A stretch of DNA of 64,000 nt, from positions 32,001 to 96,000 of the forward strand of contig JBPCLO010000031.1 in assembly GCA_051003155.1 (NCBI GenBank), given 5' to 3'. A program made the position numbers and the translations under genes. This DNA comes from Fimbriimonadales bacterium (GTDB lineage: Bacteria > Armatimonadota > Fimbriimonadia > Fimbriimonadales > ATM1). The notes below the pieces were generated by a model. It had not been told where the DNA came from, ran no database searches, and saw only the letters and a list, made by a program, of their open reading frames with translations. This document shows positions 1-9,692 of this stretch, one piece after another. Numbering within the stretch: the first letter of the stretch is position 1; every line of letters begins with the position of its first letter.

Positions 1-862
1 CTGCGGTAATGTAACCGACCGCATCCTCCGAGTAAGGAATGATGTCGATCTTTTCGTCGTATAGTTCGTTAACGATCTGCTGGACCCGGGTGCCCCGTTG
101 TCCAACGCACGCGCCGACCGGATCCACCCGCTCGTCGTGGCTGATCACGCTGATCTTGCTGCGCTGACCGGCTTCACGCGCAACGGCCATGATCTCGACC
201 GTACCTGCGCCGATCTCGGGAACCTCGATCTCGAACAGCTTCCTTAGAAGGTTCGGGTGGGTCCGCGAAACGATTACCCGAGGGCCCTTGCCACGAGGGT
301 CTTCTTCAACCTTAAGAACGTAACAGCGAATCCGGTCATTGATACGGTAAGGCTCGATCGGCACCTGCTCGCGCTTGGGAAGCACACACTCGCTGCGGCC
401 CGCGGTCAGGACGACGTCACCGCCCTCGCGGCGGGCAACCGTTGCGGCGACCACTTCGCCGAGCCGGTCGCTGAATTCTTCCATAGTGCGTTTGCGCTCG
501 GCTTCGCGCAGTTTCTGCTGCAGCACCTGCTTGAACGTTTGCGCCGCGATTCGGCCGAAGCTTTCCGGCGCGATTTCTACGGGAACGAAGTCACCGATCT
601 CCGCTTTCGGGTTGCGCTTTCTTGCTTCCTCGATCGCCATTTGATAAAAATGATTGGTCGCTACGCCCACAACTTCTTTCTCGCAAACGACGTGCATCTT
701 GTTCTGTTCGGTATCGATCCGAACGATGACCTCGCCGATCGCTCCCACGTGACGCTTGTACGCGGCCGCGAGGGCTATCTCCATCTCGGAGATCAACTCC
801 TCGACCGGGATATCCCGCTCTTGCGCCATTGTTTTTAGAGCCTGCAAAAACTCGCGATCCAT
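1..862 (-). CDS. nusA: Transcription termination/antitermination factor NusA (3' end outside window)
   Basis: Manual translation from ATG at 862 gives MDREFLQALKTMAQERDIPVEEL..., then VSRTHPNLLRKLFEIEVPEI, AREAGQRSKISV and DPVGACVGQRGTRVQ (S1/KH motifs). Absent from the ORF track because the stop lies outside the window. Confidence 0.95.
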   Translation of the reverse strand, partial: MDREFLQALKTMAQERDIPVEELISEMEIALAAAYKRHVGAIGEVIVRIDTEQNKMHVVCEKEVVGVATNHFYQMAIEEARKRNPKAEIGDFVPVEIAPESFGRIAAQTFKQVLQQKLREAERKRTMEEFSDRLGEVVAATVARREGGDVVLTAGRSECVLPKREQVPIEPYRINDRIRCYVLKVEEDPRGKGPRVIVSRTHPNLLRKLFEIEVPEIGAGTVEIMAVAREAGQRSKISVISHDERVDPVGACVGQRGTRVQQIVNELYDEKIDIIPYSEDAVGYITA

Positions 863-888
863 GATTTCTACCACCTGAAGGCCATAAC

Positions 889-915
889 AAAAAAGGACGG
901 CCAGGGGCCATCCTT
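889..915 (-). terminator. Intrinsic terminator-like hairpin in the nusA leader (candidate attenuator)
   Basis: Minus strand reads AAGGATGGCC-CCT-GGCCGTCC-TTTTTT, 26 nt upstream of the nusA ATG. Confidence 0.65.
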
Positions 916-944
916 GTCGTGGTCTCCTGCAAATGTCGTTTTCC

Positions 945-950
945 ATTGTA
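945..950 (-). promoter_or_regulatory. Putative sigma70 -10 element (TACAAT) for nusA
   Basis: TACAAT on the minus strand about 30 nt upstream of the leader hairpin. Confidence 0.45.
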
Positions 951-1069
951 CCCTGCCCGGGCGTCGGTAGAAGGCTCGAGATCAATGGAAGACATACCGA
1001 CGAATCGAATTCTCAGCAACTAGTTCTACAGTCACTCTACGGTCTGCTTGAACCGGGTACCGTGGGAGC

Positions 1070-2195
1070 ATGAGGAGAGTTTCAATCTTTCTTCTGATTG
1101 CATCGTGCTGTGCCGGCCAAGCGCAGTACCAGGTCGAGGTCTTGCATCCCGATGGCGTCGGGCCGAGATCGTACGGGACCGGCGCGGGCGGAGGGCAGCA
1201 GGTCGGGCATATGAATCTCTTTAAGGTCGGGGCGAGCCATGCGCTGCTTTGGTCGGGTTCGCAAGAGAGCTTTGTCGACTTGCATCCTGCCGGATGGGAC
1301 GGGTCGTATGCGGTGGGAGTCGACGGCGGCAAGCAGATTGGTTACCGGGAGAGGAGTTTCGGCCAAGGGCGAGGACAGTTCGCCACCTTGTGGTCGGGCT
1401 CCGCTACGAGCTGGGTCGACCTGCACGACGACCTGTACTTCGAGACCAACGGCCTCGGCATCGGCGGAGACCAGCAGGTCGGCTTCGGAGTTACCACCGG
1501 GCCCCAGTACGCCATACGTGCCTTGTTGTGGCGAGGCACTGCCGAGACCATCGTTTCGCTCCATCCCGGCGGATTGGAGGACAGTCGGGCCCAGGATACG
1601 GACGGTAAGCAGCAGGTCGGCAGCGCGACGAACCCCGAACTTCACATTGAGCATGCCGCCTTGTGGAGCGGCACCGCAGAGAGTTTCGTAGACTTGCACC
1701 CCGCAGGTTACGGCACGAGCGATGCTCTTGGAGTCGCCAATGGCCAGCAAGCGGGATGGGCCAGTTTCGACGGCAACGCACATGCCGGCATATGGTACGG
1801 GTCAGCGGAATCGTTTATCGACTTGAACCCGGGACCCAACGATCAAGTCGGTTCAAGGGCGCTGGCAACAAATGGCAATGTGCAAGTGGGCGTTGCTGCC
1901 GGACCGTTGATCGGTGGTTTTCATGCATCGCTTTGGCGCGCAGATCCTGACACGTTCGTAGACCTGCATACGTTTCTTCCGGAGAGGTTTCAGGGCAAAG
2001 GCGCTGAATCGGAGGCCAGAGGCGTCGACGAATTCGGGAACATTGTCGGCTAAGCGATCGATACGAACACTGGAAATGCGCGAGCGATCCTTTGGACACC
2101 GGTGCCAGAGCCGACCTCCGCAAGCATCCTATTGACATCCTTCCCTTTTGCTCTTGGCCAAGAAGAGGATGGCTACACCGCGCCGGTGCCCCTGA
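1070..2195 (+). pseudogene. Secreted repeat (probable beta-propeller) protein with a disrupted PEP-CTERM tail; intact ORF 1070..2053
   Basis: Signal peptide and about 6 repeats of A-L-W-x-G-x-x-E-S-F-V-D-L-H-P. Reading through TAA at 2051-2053 gives AIDTNTGNARAILWTPVPEPTSASILLTSF; a one-base shift near 2144 gives LLLLAKKR...stop at 2195. Confidence 0.75.
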
Positions 2196-2707
2196 GATTG
2201 GACCACGAGCTTCGAAACCGTCGTTGCATCGCGTCCATTTTTCAGGGTGGCTGAGCGTCTTATCACGAGACTCCCTGAGATGGACATGAGCTCAAGTTGA
2301 ACCTCGAACGCCTCGGACACCATCTCAGCTGCACCCGGTGCGAATTCGGCCGTGTGCGACTCTCGGCTGCGTTGTATGCCTTGAGGAGTTGCCGCCTCGA
2401 CATTGGGACGAAGACACCGGACGCAGTCGCACGGCCATATGCGCCGATTGGTGGCGGGGGACTGGGTTGGTGATTGTGGGCGAATCTGACCTGGGCACCC
2501 AGTTTCGGTCACACAGAGGGGAAGCGACCCGACGGATTTGGAATCGCGAGGCGATGAGTTCATGTCCGTGCCACGACACGATAGATGAACTGATCGATCT
2601 TTAACTCGGACCGGGCGGCCAAACTAAGCGCGAGAGTTGAGCGGCATTCGGGCGAGCGCCAAGACATGCGGGACCACTAACGAGACGCGGTAGACTTTTG
2701 GCTGATC

Positions 2708-3286
2708 ATGGCGAAACTCCGTGTCCTCGTAGCCGACGACGACCCGATCATCCGGCTCGATCTGAAGCAGATGCTGCAAAACCTCGACTACGAGGTCGTG
2801 GCGGAAGCAGGGGACGGCCAGGAGGCGCTCGATCTGGCCATGTCCGTGCGTCCAGACATCTGCGTGCTGGACATCAAAATGCCCATCAAGGACGGCATCA
2901 CCGTAGTTTCGGAACTCGTCGAGGGCCAAATCGCGCCGGCGATCCTTCTAACAGCTTATAGTGACCGCGAACTGATCGACCGAGCGAAGGAGGCCGGTGC
3001 GTTCGCCTATCTCGTCAAGCCATTCAAGCCCAACGATCTGCCGCCTGCGATCGAGGTGGCGGTTAGCAGATATCGGCAAAACCAGGATCTGACCGGTCAA
3101 ATCGAGAGCTTGAGCGAGAGGCTCGAAACGCGAAAGCTGGTTGAAAAGGCGAAATCCGTTCTGATCGAGAAACAAGGCCTCAACGAGTCCGAGGCCTACC
3201 GTCGGATGCAGCAATCCAGCATGAACACCCGCAAGAGCATGAAGGAAGTGGCGGAGGCTATCCTGCTCACCGAAACATTGCAATGA
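2708..3286 (+). CDS. ANTAR-domain response regulator (PdtaR/NasT-like)
   Basis: REC domain (VLVADDD, LDIKMP, LTAYS, YLVKPF), a coiled coil, and an ANTAR signature RKLVEKAKSVL...AYRRMQQSSMNTRKSMKEVAEAIL. Confidence 0.93.
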   Translation: MAKLRVLVADDDPIIRLDLKQMLQNLDYEVVAEAGDGQEALDLAMSVRPDICVLDIKMPIKDGITVVSELVEGQIAPAILLTAYSDRELIDRAKEAGAFAYLVKPFKPNDLPPAIEVAVSRYRQNQDLTGQIESLSERLETRKLVEKAKSVLIEKQGLNESEAYRRMQQSSMNTRKSMKEVAEAILLTETLQ

Positions 3287-4278
3287 AACGGCTGGCAACA
3301 TCCACACTTGCGGGAATCGGCTTGGCGTTTCTCGCCGGCTGCGACTCGAATTCGAAACCTTCCGCGAAACCCATTGTCGACGAGTTCATGGTCGCATTGA
3401 TTACCCCCGGCCCGGTTAACGACAGCGGATGGAGCGCCTTGGCGTACCAAGGACTGGAGTCTATTAAGTTCGAGCTCGGCGCTGAAACACAGAACGTTGT
3501 CGCCTTTTCGCCTCAAGATATCAAGGACGCGATGCAATCGTATGCCCAGAAGGATTTCGACCTCATTATCGGCCACGGTTACGAATATAACCAGATCGGC
3601 ATCGAGGTCGCCAAGGACTTTCCAAAGACGATTTTTGTCAGTTCGAGCGGCGATAAAACTGCAACCAACGTGGGCACTTTCCGCTTCAATCTGGAGCAGG
3701 GCACGTACGTCCTCGGCATGGTCGCCGCGAAACTTTCACTTAAGGGGACCCTAGGCATGGTGGGCGGCCCGAACGTTCCGAGCATCGAAAGCACCTTCCA
3801 GGCGTTCGAGGCCGGCGCCAAATCCGTCAAACCCAGCATTAGGGTCCTCAAGGCGTACACGAATTCCAACGACGACGTAGGGGCAGCGAAGCAGCAAACC
3901 TTAGCCTTCATCGCTCAAGGCGCGGATTACATCATCCACCAAGCCAACGCTGCCGCACAAGGCGTGTTCGAGGCCTGCAAAGAAAGAGGCGCGTTTGCAT
4001 TTGGGACAAACAGCGACCAAGCTGGGGCCGCACCCGACGTTGTCATCGCAAGCGCGACGATCAACGCCGGCCCGGTCTTCGTCGAACTCGCGAAGGAGGT
4101 GAAGGACAGCAAATTCAAATCCGGCGTGCGCCTCAGGGGGATGGCCGATGGCGCCGTTGGAATCGTCTGGAATCCCAATCCGCCGTTTAAGCTGCCCGAC
4201 GACATAGTTTCCGAGGCTAGCCTGGCGGTGGGCAAGATCGTTTCGGGGCAGCTGAAGGTGCCCAGGCTGGAGTTCTAG
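3283..4278 (+). CDS. BMP/PnrA-family ABC transporter substrate-binding lipoprotein (nucleoside-type)
   Basis: Lipobox LAGC; PGPVNDSGWS; DLIIGHGYEY; ATGA overlap with the upstream gene. Confidence 0.9.
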   Translation: MKRLATSTLAGIGLAFLAGCDSNSKPSAKPIVDEFMVALITPGPVNDSGWSALAYQGLESIKFELGAETQNVVAFSPQDIKDAMQSYAQKDFDLIIGHGYEYNQIGIEVAKDFPKTIFVSSSGDKTATNVGTFRFNLEQGTYVLGMVAAKLSLKGTLGMVGGPNVPSIESTFQAFEAGAKSVKPSIRVLKAYTNSNDDVGAAKQQTLAFIAQGADYIIHQANAAAQGVFEACKERGAFAFGTNSDQAGAAPDVVIASATINAGPVFVELAKEVKDSKFKSGVRLRGMADGAVGIVWNPNPPFKLPDDIVSEASLAVGKIVSGQLKVPRLEF

Positions 4279-4282
4279 GACG

Positions 4283-5728
4283 GTTACCGAGCCTGTCCTC
4301 GTCGGGCAGCGGCTAACCAAGCGTTACGGCCACGTGACCGCTCTCGAGGCCGTCGACATCGGCCTATACCCTGGCGAAGTGAACGCCGTATTGGGTGAAA
4401 ATGGAGCCGGCAAATCGACCTTGGTCGGCATACTCTCCGGCAACATCGCGCAGGACTCCGGAGAGATTTTGCTCGACGGCTTGCCGACGCGCTTTTCGAA
4501 CGCCCGCGCGGCGAAATCCGCAGGAGTCGACGTCGTTCACCAGCATTTTATGCTCGTACCGCAATTTTCGGTCGCGGAGAATTTGGCGCTCGCCGCCTCC
4601 GAAGGCAGTGGGCCAGTTCTCAACATTGGGCGGCTCTCGGCGAAAGCGCTGGGAGCATCGGCTGACTTGGGTTGGCGCCTGCCCGCCGATGCAAAGGTTG
4701 GTTCGCTAAGCGTTGGCGAGCAGCAGCGCGTAGAAATCGCCAAGGCCCTCGCGGGCGGTGGACGAGTTGTGCTCCTCGATGAGCCGACGTCGACGCTCTC
4801 ACAGGATGAGGTGACGGATCTCTTTCGGGTGATTGAGGCTCTGAAAAGGGACAGGCGCTCGATAGTGTTCATAACCCACAAGCTCGACGAGGCGCTTGCA
4901 ATCGCTGACCGGGTCACTGTCTTGAGGCGCGGGAAGGTCGTGGTTTCCACGCCTGCACAAGGCATTGCCCCTGGCCAATTGGCCCATTGGATGGTCGGAG
5001 ATGTTCCCCCAAGCCTTGTGCGCGAGTCTCGGAAGCCGTCCGAGGGAGCCTTCGTCGTCGCGAATCGCCTCCACATTATCGGTGACCGCGGACACGGCGC
5101 CGTCAGAGATGTCAGCTTCCGTATCGGCGCGGGAGAAATCCTCGGCTTCGGCGGCGTCGACGGCAACGGCCAGCTAGAACTCGCGGAGGCGCTCGTGGGA
5201 ATCCGGCCAATAAAGTCCGGCTCCCTTGCCACGGGTCGCGGTTCGATAGCCTACATTCCGCAAGATCGTCAACGCGACGGGCTCGCGCTCTCGATGTCTG
5301 TTACCGACAACCTGCTGATCGCGGGCCACAAGCGAAGGGGCCTTTCGCGTGCCGGACTTTTCCTAACCGGCGCCATCCGCGCCTGGTGCGAAACGCTCGT
5401 CGCGCGATTCCAAATCCGAACCGACAGCCTTCAAAGCACCGCGGAGATGCTCAGCGGCGGCAATCAGCAGAAGATCGTGGTAGCAAGGTCGCTCGATACC
5501 GAGCCAGCCCTCATCGTAGCCGTCAATCCGACGAGGGGCCTCGATGTTCAGGCTGAGCATTACGTTCACTCTCTGCTATTGGAAGCACGGGGCCGAGGGG
5601 CGGCGATCGCCCTCTTTACAACCGACATCGGCGAGCTTGGCATCCTTTCGGATCGCGCGGTATATATGAGTGGGGGCCGGATTCTCGAGGGTGGGAACGT
5701 CGCGGAAATGATCGGCGGGCGCGAATGA
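4283..5728 (+). CDS. Nucleoside/sugar ABC transporter ATP-binding protein (two fused ATPase halves); start uncertain (first canonical start is GTG 4334)
   Basis: Walker A GENGAGKST, VHQHF, LSVGEQQRVEI, LLDEPT, LSGGNQQK, NPTRGLD. The frame is open upstream and encodes the usual first strand PVLVGQRLTKRYG. Confidence 0.9.
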   Translation, partial: VTEPVLVGQRLTKRYGHVTALEAVDIGLYPGEVNAVLGENGAGKSTLVGILSGNIAQDSGEILLDGLPTRFSNARAAKSAGVDVVHQHFMLVPQFSVAENLALAASEGSGPVLNIGRLSAKALGASADLGWRLPADAKVGSLSVGEQQRVEIAKALAGGGRVVLLDEPTSTLSQDEVTDLFRVIEALKRDRRSIVFITHKLDEALAIADRVTVLRRGKVVVSTPAQGIAPGQLAHWMVGDVPPSLVRESRKPSEGAFVVANRLHIIGDRGHGAVRDVSFRIGAGEILGFGGVDGNGQLELAEALVGIRPIKSGSLATGRGSIAYIPQDRQRDGLALSMSVTDNLLIAGHKRRGLSRAGLFLTGAIRAWCETLVARFQIRTDSLQSTAEMLSGGNQQKIVVARSLDTEPALIVAVNPTRGLDVQAEHYVHSLLLEARGRGAAIALFTTDIGELGILSDRAVYMSGGRILEGGNVAEMIGGRE

Positions 5729-6735
5729 AGTTATGGGTGCTCGTCCCAATCGGGCTTGCGCTCATCCTAGTGATTACCCTCATCGTGTTCGGGCTGCCGG
5801 TAGGCGAATCGCTGCGGCTATTGTACGAGGGGGCTCTCGGCGACAAGTTCGGCGTGCACCGCACGATACTCAAGAGTGTTCCGTTAATCCTGGTTGGGTT
5901 AGGCATGATCGTCGCGTGGCGAGCCGGTATGTTCAATATTGGAGGCGAGGGTCAGCTGCTCGCAGGTGTGTCCGCGGGGGCCGCAGCAGCTCACATATTG
6001 GGAAGTGCGTCAGGTCCCGCAATCACTTGGATCATCCTCGCGGTTTGCATGGCGGCCGGCGGCCTGTACGCCGGGGTCGCAGCATGGCTCTACGTGGCGC
6101 GGGGGGTCAACGTCGTGATCAGCACGATCCTGCTGAACTTCCTTACGCTGCATCTCGTCAACTTCATCGTTCGCGGCCCGCTGCAGGAGCCGACCCACTC
6201 CATTCCGCAGACGGCGACGCTAACGACCGAGTCGATGTTCAACGTCATCGACCGTCAAACGGGCCTGCATGCTGGCATATTTATCGTGCCGGTGGCAGTC
6301 TTCCTGACCTGGCTTTGGATTCATCGATCCCCCAGTGGCTTTCGCCTTCGCCTTGTCGGCCAGAACGCGATGGCTGCACGAGCCGCGGGGATGCCTGCCC
6401 CGCGCCTACAGGCCACGGCTCTCATCTGGAGCGGCGTGTTCTGCGGCCTGGCCGGCGGCGTCCAGTACCTAGGCGCAAGCGGCTTCCTTTTCGACAGATT
6501 CTCGCCCGGCTGGGGCTTTCTTGCAATACCGGTCGCCCTGGTGGGCGGGCTCAATCCAATGGGGGTCGTTCTTTCCGGGTTCTATTTCGGCGCTCTCTTC
6601 GCCGGGTCAAAGAATTTGGAAGCCTTCGGAGCTGCCACCAGCTCATTAGTGTTTGTGATGCAGGGCGTGGCCGTTCTGGGGTTCGTGGTTCTTCAAGAAG
6701 TCTGTCGTAGGCGCGCGAGGGTGGCAACGCCATGA
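5725..6735 (+). CDS. Nucleoside ABC transporter permease 1
   Basis: Multiple TM segments; FNIGGEGQ; VISTILLN; GFLAIPVALVG. Confidence 0.9.
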   Translation: MKLWVLVPIGLALILVITLIVFGLPVGESLRLLYEGALGDKFGVHRTILKSVPLILVGLGMIVAWRAGMFNIGGEGQLLAGVSAGAAAAHILGSASGPAITWIILAVCMAAGGLYAGVAAWLYVARGVNVVISTILLNFLTLHLVNFIVRGPLQEPTHSIPQTATLTTESMFNVIDRQTGLHAGIFIVPVAVFLTWLWIHRSPSGFRLRLVGQNAMAARAAGMPAPRLQATALIWSGVFCGLAGGVQYLGASGFLFDRFSPGWGFLAIPVALVGGLNPMGVVLSGFYFGALFAGSKNLEAFGAATSSLVFVMQGVAVLGFVVLQEVCRRRARVATP

Positions 6736-7613
6736 GCGTGGTACTGGGGCTCGTTGGCGCTACGTTGTCGTTGGGAACGCCGCTCGTGATCGCCGCCGCG
6801 GGTGAAACGGTCTCCGAACGCGCCGGCGTTCTCAATATCGGACTCGAAGGCGTCATGCTCTCGTCAGCGTTCGCCGGCTTCTACGTCAGCCACACCACCG
6901 GAAATCCCTGGTTGGGCGTTGGCGGCGGAGTAGCAGCCGCGATTCTGCTCACGGCAATTACGAGCTATCTGGTGCTTAGCATCGGGGCGGACCAAGTAGT
7001 CGTCGGCACGGGCGTCAATCTCTTTTCACTTGGCCTGACCGGCTCCTTGTTCGTGTCCCTCTTTGGTCAGACCGGCAAGCTCGCCGCGGTACCGACGGTG
7101 CCAAAAACGGCTGACGCTCTGTCTCTGAACCCGCTTATGCTCGTCGGCGTGCTTTGCGTTGCTTTCGCATGGTTCGTGCTCATGAGGACGCGCTGGGGCC
7201 TCGCAGCTCGCGCCGCCGGTGAGGCGCCATCAGCTGCCGAGGCAGCCGGATATTCGGTCATACGGCTTCGGTTTCAAGCGGTGATGTTTTCGGGGGTTAC
7301 CGCGGGCTTGGCGGGCGCCTATTTGAGTCTCGCGCAGACGAACTCTTTTGCCGAGAACATGACCGAAGGGCGCGGATTCGTTGTGATCGCCGCGGTCACA
7401 TTCGGACGTTGGACCTCGATCGGCTCGGCGCTGGCCTGCCTGCTCATTGCGTTCGCGTATGGGCTGAAATATCTGGTGATCTCAATATCCTTGGGCGTTC
7501 CGCCGCAGCTCTTCGACGCTCTGCCATACTTATTTGCGCTGGCGGTGCTCGCCGGAGCGGGACGCGGCGCAATCGCGCCCTCGGCTCTCGCAACGCCCTA
7601 CAGGCGGGGCTAA
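6732..7613 (+). CDS. Nucleoside ABC transporter permease 2
   Basis: GETVSERAGVLNIGLEG; GRGFVVIAAVTFGRW; LPY motif. Confidence 0.9.
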   Translation: MSVVLGLVGATLSLGTPLVIAAAGETVSERAGVLNIGLEGVMLSSAFAGFYVSHTTGNPWLGVGGGVAAAILLTAITSYLVLSIGADQVVVGTGVNLFSLGLTGSLFVSLFGQTGKLAAVPTVPKTADALSLNPLMLVGVLCVAFAWFVLMRTRWGLAARAAGEAPSAAEAAGYSVIRLRFQAVMFSGVTAGLAGAYLSLAQTNSFAENMTEGRGFVVIAAVTFGRWTSIGSALACLLIAFAYGLKYLVISISLGVPPQLFDALPYLFALAVLAGAGRGAIAPSALATPYRRG

Positions 7614-7616
7614 CAA

Positions 7617-8432
7617 ATGAAACTTACTCGGCGAGTCACATTTTCGAGCGGCCATCGGTATTGGCTAAGCGACCTTACCGAAGCCGAAAACCGGGCACTG
7701 TTCGGCCGCTGGGCATCGCCTCACAGCCACGGACACAACTACGCGTTGGAGGTGACCGTCGCGGGGCGCATTCAAGCCTCCCATGGCATGGTAATCAACA
7801 TCAAGGAGATCGACGCTCTCCTTCGTGAGCACGTCGTCTCCGTACTCGACCAAAAGAGCTTAAACGACGAGGTGCCGGCCTTCCGATCGGTGCCGCCGTC
7901 CACCGAGAACGTCGCCCTGTTCATACGAAGTGCCCTTAGCGACCTTCCGCCGGAGGCTACCTTCGTAAGCCTGCGACTCTATGAGATGCCTGGACTTTTC
8001 GTCGATGTGGGAAAATCACAAACCGTGAAACTGACAAGAGGATATGAGTTTTCCGCCTCGCACCGGCTGCACGCGCCGGCATTGTCCGAAGTCGAGAACG
8101 CAACTCTTTTCGGCAAGTGCAACAATCGCGCGGGGCATGGGCACAACTACGAGCTAGAAGTCACGGTTTCAGGGACGCCCGACCCGAGGACGGGTAGGGT
8201 TGCGGATATCGGGGAAATAGACCGAATCGTTCGGGCCGAGGTCGTCGACCGCTACGACCACAAGCACCTCAACTCCGACCTACCCGAATTCGAGGACCTT
8301 AACCCCACGTCTGAGCTTCTCACCAAGATAATTTGGGAAAGGCTCGTGAATAACCTACCGGCCAAACTCGACAAGGTGACGGTTCGCGAGACGGCGCGAA
8401 ATATCTTCGAGTATTCCGGTGAAGACGAATAA
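7617..8432 (+). CDS. Tandem two-domain 6-pyruvoyl-tetrahydropterin synthase (PTPS/QueD family)
   Basis: Two T-fold repeats: FSSGHRY...HGHNY...LDQKSLN...PSTEN and FSASHRL...[11 protein letters not shown]...YDHKHLN...NPTSE...VRET. Confidence 0.9.
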   Translation: MKLTRRVTFSSGHRYWLSDLTEAENRALFGRWASPHSHGHNYALEVTVAGRIQASHGMVINIKEIDALLREHVVSVLDQKSLNDEVPAFRSVPPSTENVALFIRSALSDLPPEATFVSLRLYEMPGLFVDVGKSQTVKLTRGYEFSASHRLHAPALSEVENATLFGKCNNRAGHGHNYELEVTVSGTPDPRTGRVADIGEIDRIVRAEVVDRYDHKHLNSDLPEFEDLNPTSELLTKIIWERLVNNLPAKLDKVTVRETARNIFEYSGEDE

Positions 8433-8991
8433 CTATATGGAAGAGAATTACGAAGCTATTTTACGATCGATAGGCGAAGACCCTTCCCGTGAGGGCCTGC
8501 GGAAAACTCCAAAACGCGCGGCTGAGGCCATGCGATACCTGACACAGGGATATGGAATGGCGCTGGAGACAATTGTTAATGGCGCGATTTTCGAAGAGGA
8601 CGTCGACGATATCGTGGTAATCCGAAATATCGAATTCTTCAGCATGTGCGAGCACCATCTTTTACCGTTTTTTGGCTTTGCTCATGTCGCTTATTTGCCG
8701 AAAGGAAAAATAATCGGAATTAGCAAGATTGCACGAATCGTCGATATGTTTGCGCAAAGACTGCAGGTGCAGGAACGTTTGACGCAACAAGTTGCGCTCG
8801 CTGTCGAAGTGGCTCTCAAGCCTGCCGGAGTTGCGTGTGTTTTCGAGGCAAAGCATCTTTGCATGATGGCTCGCGGGGTGAGAAAGCAAGATTCAAACGT
8901 CTCGACGAGCCACGTGACAGGCGTCTTTCGCGATTGCCCGATGAGCCGCAAAGAATTTTATGACCTTATCAAAGAGCGGCACTACGCATAA
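8419..8991 (+). CDS. folE: GTP cyclohydrolase I
   Basis: [48 protein letters not shown]. Alternative start is ATG 8437. Confidence 0.96.
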   Translation: MKTNNYMEENYEAILRSIGEDPSREGLRKTPKRAAEAMRYLTQGYGMALETIVNGAIFEEDVDDIVVIRNIEFFSMCEHHLLPFFGFAHVAYLPKGKIIGISKIARIVDMFAQRLQVQERLTQQVALAVEVALKPAGVACVFEAKHLCMMARGVRKQDSNVSTSHVTGVFRDCPMSRKEFYDLIKERHYA

Positions 8992-9689
8992 TGGTTTGTG
9001 TCGTTACCGGAGCGAGCAGCGGCATTGGAAGGGCCGCTGCAAGCTCGCTAGCACAGCGCGGTGTATGCCTCGTTCTTTCGGGACGCGACGCGGGCCGTTT
9101 GGAAGACGCGCGGAAAATCTGCACGGGTGTCCAAACGGTCGCTTTGGCTGGTGACGTCACGTCTCCTAGGCACACGGAGCGCCTCTTCGAGATCGCCGCT
9201 GAACTTCGCCCGAGCGACAAGCTTGCCGCGGTCTTCGCCGCTGGCGTCGCGCACAGTGGAGACACGCTCCAACTGCCCGAAGAAATCTGGCACGAATCGA
9301 TCGCGGCGAACTTGACGGGGCTGTTTCTTTGCTGCCGATCGGCCATCTCTTCGATGCTCGTGCGTGGCGGCGGTCGCGTCGTGAACGTGTTGAGCATTGC
9401 CTCGAAAACCGCGTTCCCACAGTCCGCGGCATATGTTGCGTCGAAGCAGGGTGCGCTAGGGCTAACCCGTTCACTCGCGGCCGAGTTTCGGGCAAGGAAC
9501 ATCCAACTGACCGCGTTCATGCCCGGAAGCACCGACACTGAACTCTGGGAGGGCAAAGTCTGGTCGCCTCCGAAAGGCGATATGCTATCGGCCGCCGACG
9601 TCGGCGACGCGATCGCCGAGGTGGTCGTTTCGGAAAGAAAGGGATACATGGACGAAGTCCTTTACTTGCCTCCGAAGGGGATTCTTTAG
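8991..9689 (+). CDS. SDR-family oxidoreductase (possible sepiapterin reductase)
   Basis: TGASSGIG Rossmann motif, catalytic S...YVASK, PGSTDT. Confidence 0.85.
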   Translation: MVCVVTGASSGIGRAAASSLAQRGVCLVLSGRDAGRLEDARKICTGVQTVALAGDVTSPRHTERLFEIAAELRPSDKLAAVFAAGVAHSGDTLQLPEEIWHESIAANLTGLFLCCRSAISSMLVRGGGRVVNVLSIASKTAFPQSAAYVASKQGALGLTRSLAAEFRARNIQLTAFMPGSTDTELWEGKVWSPPKGDMLSAADVGDAIAEVVVSERKGYMDEVLYLPPKGIL

Positions 9690-9692
9690 CAG

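Noticed and set aside
257..838. 193-aa + strand ORF and many other long antisense ORFs (e.g. 35166..36458, 36489..37658, 27268..28218)
   Set aside because: Shadow frames of well-supported genes on the opposite strand; expected in GC-rich DNA.
2604..2616. 13-nt match ACTCGGACCGGGC shared with 39649-39661
   Set aside because: Short enough to arise by chance in 64 kb of GC-rich sequence; the flanks differ.
2196..2700. Short ORFs and a possible decayed gene (one frame ends PIGGGGLGW, faintly macro-domain-like)
   Set aside because: No convincing start, motif set or codon bias; too weak to call without a search.
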